This document shows, piece after piece, positions 59,677 through 64,000 of a stretch of DNA of 64,000 nt. The stretch lies in NCBI GenBank assembly GCA_963713615.1, contig CAVQMM010000001.1, positions 352,001-416,000 of the forward strand. The letters run 5' to 3'. The translations under genes and the position numbers were made by a program. The stretch is from an uncultured Chlamydiae bacterium (lineage in GTDB: Bacteria > Chlamydiota > Chlamydiia > Chlamydiales > JAJFMA01). Position 1 is the first letter of the stretch. Every line of letters starts with the position of its first letter. The notes under the pieces are model-generated. The model did not search any database, was not told the DNA's origin, and saw nothing but the letters and a program-made list of their open reading frames with translations.

Positions 59677-59792
59677 CTAAAAGGCGACACAAACCGTTCT
59701 ATCTCTAGTTTTTTTATAATTATTGTGTAATATTTATAATTATTGTAAAATACTGATTTAGTTTAATATATTTTGTAACGGAGTTTTATATT

Positions 59793-61172
59793 ATGTTTAG
59801 AAAATCGTATGTTCTTTTTATTTTGGCGGCTTTTAGCTTTACAGGACTTCAAGCTGACACCTTTCCATACCCAGCGGAAGAGCTTTCTCGCAGTTATTCC
59901 GATTCTGAATTAGCTATATTGGATGGCAAAACCGAAATTGGAAATGTTCATTTCTCAAAGTCTGTCATCTCTAGATTTGGGAAGTCTATCAGCTCAGACT
60001 CCCTTGGAAAATTTATGAACCTAGGCTCTTTGACTAGCGACCAACAAAAATTCGTTCAAGACATTGTTAAGGGAAATTCAAAAGAGGTAAAAAAAGCCCT
60101 CCAAGGGAATGTTGATGTTGATTTCATCGTTAGTGATTCTCCTTATCTCCCTGGTATGACGCCTGTTGAGATTTGCCACGAGTACACATCAAAAAATTGC
60201 GACTTGCTCTTGTCAAAAGGGATTAGTAAGCACCAGTTCTATCTTAGAGCATTGGCTAACGTTTGGGAATACCAGGATGCAGCTGAATACCTTGGTTGGG
60301 CAATCGGTGGCTTGTTAGGATGGAGCGATTTAGAATCTGCTCATATCTTGAGTCGTTCTCTAAAGCTATTTACAGGCAATGACAAAAGCAATCTACAAGA
60401 AGGCAAGAGGTTGATTGGTGCCCTTAAAAATGCAGATCTCAAGGATAACCTTGATTATAAACAGGATCCTTCTAGCCTTTTAGCTCGATACCAATCAGGA
60501 CAACCAATCATATTTAAGAGCGGATATGATGATGGTTATGTTGGTCATTCAATAGCGTTTATTTTGTATAAGGACTATTTGATTATCGGGAACCGAGGGG
60601 CAGATCATCATCCTGACTACCCTAGCGTTATCTATATAATTAATTCGGATAAAGTAGATGAGATCATTATAGAGACCATCCAAGGCTTAAGCTGGAAGTC
60701 ATCCCATAACTTCGTGTCTTTTCAGAATGCTCTCCCCCGCATCTTAGGCGCCAAGGTAAGCACCATGAGCGACAGTGTACGAGAGATCTATCGAGGTAAC
60801 CAATGGCAAAAATTGGAAAATTGCACTTGGTCTAGCCTAGAAGCCGCCACGATCGGTTTGTGGACAGTGTTCGATTGGGAGCAATCTAAAGATCTGAGCA
60901 ATACTATAGATACTCTTCGTATGTGGAGAGAGTTTACCAAGCTTCAGCTACTAAAAGACTACATCGATTCCTATAAGGAAGACATGAATGGGCTTTGTCT
61001 TGAACATCTTAGAATGCTTATCAAAAAGGCCGGGACTTTAACCACATTTCCAGAGCTGGTTTTGCAGATCGAATTAGATGGAAGAGAGCTTCTGGCGAAG
61101 GCTATGTACCTCTATGACCATCAGAATTATAGGGATGACGCCGCCACTTCAAAGATAAAGAAGACGTATTAA
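59793..61172 (+). CDS. Secreted protein with putative permuted papain-like cysteine protease domain (paralog 1)
   Basis: Signal peptide ending LQA-D; ankyrin-like segment; GHSIAF...GNRG...WQKLENCTWSS. Confidence 0.7.
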   Translation: MFRKSYVLFILAAFSFTGLQADTFPYPAEELSRSYSDSELAILDGKTEIGNVHFSKSVISRFGKSISSDSLGKFMNLGSLTSDQQKFVQDIVKGNSKEVKKALQGNVDVDFIVSDSPYLPGMTPVEICHEYTSKNCDLLLSKGISKHQFYLRALANVWEYQDAAEYLGWAIGGLLGWSDLESAHILSRSLKLFTGNDKSNLQEGKRLIGALKNADLKDNLDYKQDPSSLLARYQSGQPIIFKSGYDDGYVGHSIAFILYKDYLIIGNRGADHHPDYPSVIYIINSDKVDEIIIETIQGLSWKSSHNFVSFQNALPRILGAKVSTMSDSVREIYRGNQWQKLENCTWSSLEAATIGLWTVFDWEQSKDLSNTIDTLRMWREFTKLQLLKDYIDSYKEDMNGLCLEHLRMLIKKAGTLTTFPELVLQIELDGRELLAKAMYLYDHQNYRDDAATSKIKKTY

Positions 61173-61308
61173 TTTTATTTAGATTTGCGTAATTTCAATA
61201 CAAGCTTGATAGGTAATATAAATAGCATTTTTGTATTGAATGAAATCCATGTAATTTGTATAATGAGGTTTTTGTTTATTAATTATTATATGATTAGGTT
61301 TTAATTTT

Positions 61309-63135
61309 ATGTGCTATATGTTTAAAAAATCGCTTTCTTTGTTTGTTTTGTTCGCTCTTACTCTTAGCTTTGCAGGGCTTAAGGCTGAAACCTGTTATTA
61401 CCCAGCGGAAGAGCTCTCACGTGTTTACTCGGATGCCGAATTGGCTGTGCTAGATAGCCAAACGCATGTTGGAAGTATTTCTTTCTCAAAGTCTATCCCC
61501 GAGACACATCAGAAATCTATAAAATATGAATTTTTGAATAGCGTTCAGTCTAAATTAATTAATACTGCAGCTCATGGAAGTGAAAGAGATCTTCTCAATA
61601 TCGTAAATGGGAATGCTGATTTAGACTTCATGACCAGATTTAGTGATGATCCTTTCGAAAATGGATGTACATTACATCAAGCTTGTGTAATCAATTCTTC
61701 AAAAAACTGTGAGTCGCTTTTAAAGAGAGGTCTTAGCAAGCACGAATTTTATCTCAAGGCGCTCGCGGCTGTTTGGGAGTATACACAGGCTGGGGAATAC
61801 CGCGGCTGGACGATCGGCTCTATTGGAGGCAGTCCCTTAGAATTGGCTTCTGTCTTAAGTCGTTCCCTAGAGCAATTCACAGCCAAGTACAATAGTGATT
61901 CACCTGGAGGTAAGAGACTGATTGAGGCTCTCAAAAATGCAGACCTCAAGGATGACCTCTCGGTGAGGTCATCGGGTGCAGCTCTTTTAGCTCGACACCA
62001 AGCAGGCCTGCCAGTGATAGTAAAGACTGGTTATCCTGGTCATTCAGTCTCATTTATCTTATACAAAGACTATTTGATTGTTGGAAATAGAGGTGAAAAT
62101 CATCATCCTCACTACCCCACTGTTATTTACACAATCAATTCGAAAATGTTAACAGCAGCGATCTTTGAAATGATTCAAGGTCTGGATTGGCAGCCATCAA
62201 ATTACTTCGTGGGCTTTGTGGGTGCTCTCCCCCAACTGTTGGGTGCTGCTCCAAACTCAATGAGTGACAGCGTGCGTGAGATTTATCGAGGCGACGAGTG
62301 GCAAAAAGTGGGTAATTGTGCGTTTTCCAGTCTAGAAGCTTCACTGGTTGGCTTGTGGACATTGATGAGCTGGGAGCAGTCCAAAAATCCACATGACTTT
62401 ATAGCCAATATTCGTATGTGGAGAGAATTTACCAAAATGCAACTGCTCAAGGATTACATCGCTGCTTATATGGAAGACATCGATGGACTATGCCCTGCCC
62501 AGCTTAGGATGCTTTTAGCGAGAGCGAAACCTTTGCACACGTTCACAGAGCTTAATTTGCAGATTCAGTCTGAAGGGCAGAAACTTTTAGCGAAAGCGAT
62601 GTATCGTTTTCGTAACCCGAATTGCCCCACTGCAACACCTGAGCCAAAAGCTTCTAAGAAGACCGATCCTACCCCTACCGCTACCCCAAAGACATCTAAG
62701 AAGACAGATCCTACCTCTGAGAACAAAAGGAGCACCACTCCCACTCCCAAAAACTCAAAAAACAAGCCTAGGGAAGTTAAAGAGGTTCGAAAGGACATCA
62801 ATCCTCCGTCATCGTCAAAATTTGATGAAAAAGTAGTAGGGCCAGGTGTTCCTGAGCCTTTGATGCGCCTATTTGCTTCAGGATTGGCATACCTAGGGCA
62901 GTTGAGAGAAAACTTGCCTTCGTACGTCGATATGCGTCAAACCGCGGAAGAGTACCTAGAAGGCTCCTACAGCCGGTTGCAAGAGATTGACGTCTCCTAC
63001 TTGAAGGAAAGGTATGAGCTCCTAAGAAGTTACTCGAAAGAAGATATTATGGATTTGTGGGCAATGATCGTAGAGCGCGGCGGCTTGGGGAGTCAAAAAA
63101 CAGACGAACCAAAAAGCAAAACGAGTCGTCGGTGA
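61309..63135 (+). CDS. Secreted protein with putative permuted papain-like domain (paralog 2) and a Pro/Thr/Lys-rich extension
   Basis: Signal peptide; GHSVSF...GNRG...WQKVGNCAFSS; repeated PTATP..SKKTDP linker. Confidence 0.7.
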   Translation: MCYMFKKSLSLFVLFALTLSFAGLKAETCYYPAEELSRVYSDAELAVLDSQTHVGSISFSKSIPETHQKSIKYEFLNSVQSKLINTAAHGSERDLLNIVNGNADLDFMTRFSDDPFENGCTLHQACVINSSKNCESLLKRGLSKHEFYLKALAAVWEYTQAGEYRGWTIGSIGGSPLELASVLSRSLEQFTAKYNSDSPGGKRLIEALKNADLKDDLSVRSSGAALLARHQAGLPVIVKTGYPGHSVSFILYKDYLIVGNRGENHHPHYPTVIYTINSKMLTAAIFEMIQGLDWQPSNYFVGFVGALPQLLGAAPNSMSDSVREIYRGDEWQKVGNCAFSSLEASLVGLWTLMSWEQSKNPHDFIANIRMWREFTKMQLLKDYIAAYMEDIDGLCPAQLRMLLARAKPLHTFTELNLQIQSEGQKLLAKAMYRFRNPNCPTATPEPKASKKTDPTPTATPKTSKKTDPTSENKRSTTPTPKNSKNKPREVKEVRKDINPPSSSKFDEKVVGPGVPEPLMRLFASGLAYLGQLRENLPSYVDMRQTAEEYLEGSYSRLQEIDVSYLKERYELLRSYSKEDIMDLWAMIVERGGLGSQKTDEPKSKTSRR

Positions 63136-63382
63136 CATAATCCCCCCACAATCACGTCTCGGAGCGTAGCGTTTTTGTGGGGTGCGTGTCGCTTGCGACC
63201 GCACTTCCAAGTAACAGGTATATCGCATGGCTTTGGGCTATGGACGAACTGAGGTAATTGCAAAATTATTTGAGCCCTTGAGAATCGATTCTCGGGAAAA
63301 AAGGTTACCTTTTTTTGTGAGAAGGCGATTCTAGAGAGCTTAAGTGGTATGGCACTATCCAGTCTGGAAAGACAGGCTTTTC

Positions 63383-63610
63383 TCCCTTCCCAGGCCCGAA
63401 GGGTCGATATTGCAACAGGCCATGGCATCGCCATGGTATATGCCAGGAAGGGATTTCGCAGTCTGAAGGACTGCTACAAGACGCCAGTTTACAAACACCA
63501 TTTATGCATGCGCTTTATGGCAGCCCTACAGGCTGCTAAAACCGTTTTGGCATATACCATGGCGATGCCATGGCCTGTTGCAATATCGACCCTTCGGGCC
63601 TGGGAAGGGA
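63383..63610. repeat. REP cluster with perfect 63-bp inverted arms
   Basis: 63383-63445 is the reverse complement of 63548-63610; inner GCAGTCTGAAGGACTGC and GCAGCCCTACAGGCTGC hairpins. Confidence 0.88.
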
Positions 63611-63723
63611 ATGACTCTCTCTTCACCGGCATCCGATTTTCAGGAAATTGACTTCGGAAAATCGCTTTCTACAGCTGTTGTGCAACCAGGTGGGGCCGGT
63701 GACAATCGAGCAAGCATCCCACG

Positions 63724-63864
63724 TCTAGGAGGATAGGATGGTACCCACGCCCCACCTATCACGAGGATCTAGGAGCAACACGGATGCACACGGATCTAGG
63801 AGGATTTAGGAGGATAGGATGGTAGCCACGCCCCACCCATCACGAGGATCTAGGAACAACACGG
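63724..63864 (+). repeat. Family Q repeat, tandem direct copies
   Basis: TAGGAGGATAGGATGGTA.CCACGCCCC...ATCACGAGGATCTAGGA.CAACACGG occurs twice, with CACGGATGCACACGGATCTAGGAGGATTTAGG in between. Confidence 0.8.
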
Positions 63865-63874
63865 TACGTCCTTA

Positions 63875-63906
63875 AAAAACTATGGCGCTGGCGCGCCACA
63901 GCTTTT
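63875..63906. terminator. Possible intrinsic terminator
   Basis: AAAAACTATGGCGC-TG-GCGCGCCACAGCTTTT imperfect hairpin flanked by A and T runs. Confidence 0.45.
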
Positions 63907-64000
63907 CAATGTTTTTTAAGTTTCTCCTCAGCATCATGATGTTCGTGCTAATGGAATGCAACCCAGGGATCGAAGCAATGGTTCTGGCGGTCCTTCAAAT

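Noticed and set aside
59472..59730. Three short ORFs across MITE copy 3
   Set aside because: They reflect the stop-free frames of the MITE, not independent genes
63093..63651. ORFs 63093-63434 and 63349-63651
   Set aside because: Derived from the 63-bp inverted repeat (the same peptide appears on both strands)

Overview
Bacterial chromosome window, most likely from an environmental chlamydia (phylum Chlamydiota). This is inferred from the SycD-type T3SS chaperone, Inc-like bilobed membrane proteins, and the maf/HEAT-repeat/lptD and ugd/ispA gene context. Housekeeping blocks (fadD-fadI-fadJ, uvrC, apbE-folD, rarA-mreD-ispA-ugd-lptD, maf) alternate with eukaryote-like candidate effectors and many palindromic repeats. 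Main results: (1) A 5'-truncated IS110-family recombinase has a 3' non-coding region that folds into two matching guide loops. These match its own insertion site (a genomic palindromic repeat) and its own right end, so it reads as a bridge/seekRNA with a CT core. (2) A ~14 kb array holds eight paralogous Rhs C-terminal toxin/immunity cassettes whose toxin and immunity subtypes co-vary; it is invaded by ISAs1, IS607-TnpB and an IS21 with 238-bp terminal inverted repeats. (3) A 160-bp MITE with 8-bp target duplications inserts in frame (+56 aa) into two genes. (4) An RlmN paralog lacks both catalytic cysteines. (5) A 3205-aa peptidase-like/helicase-like protein and two secreted paralogs share a permuted papain-like motif. 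No rRNA, tRNA or CRISPR array was recognised. All calls come from reading the sequence; no searches were run.
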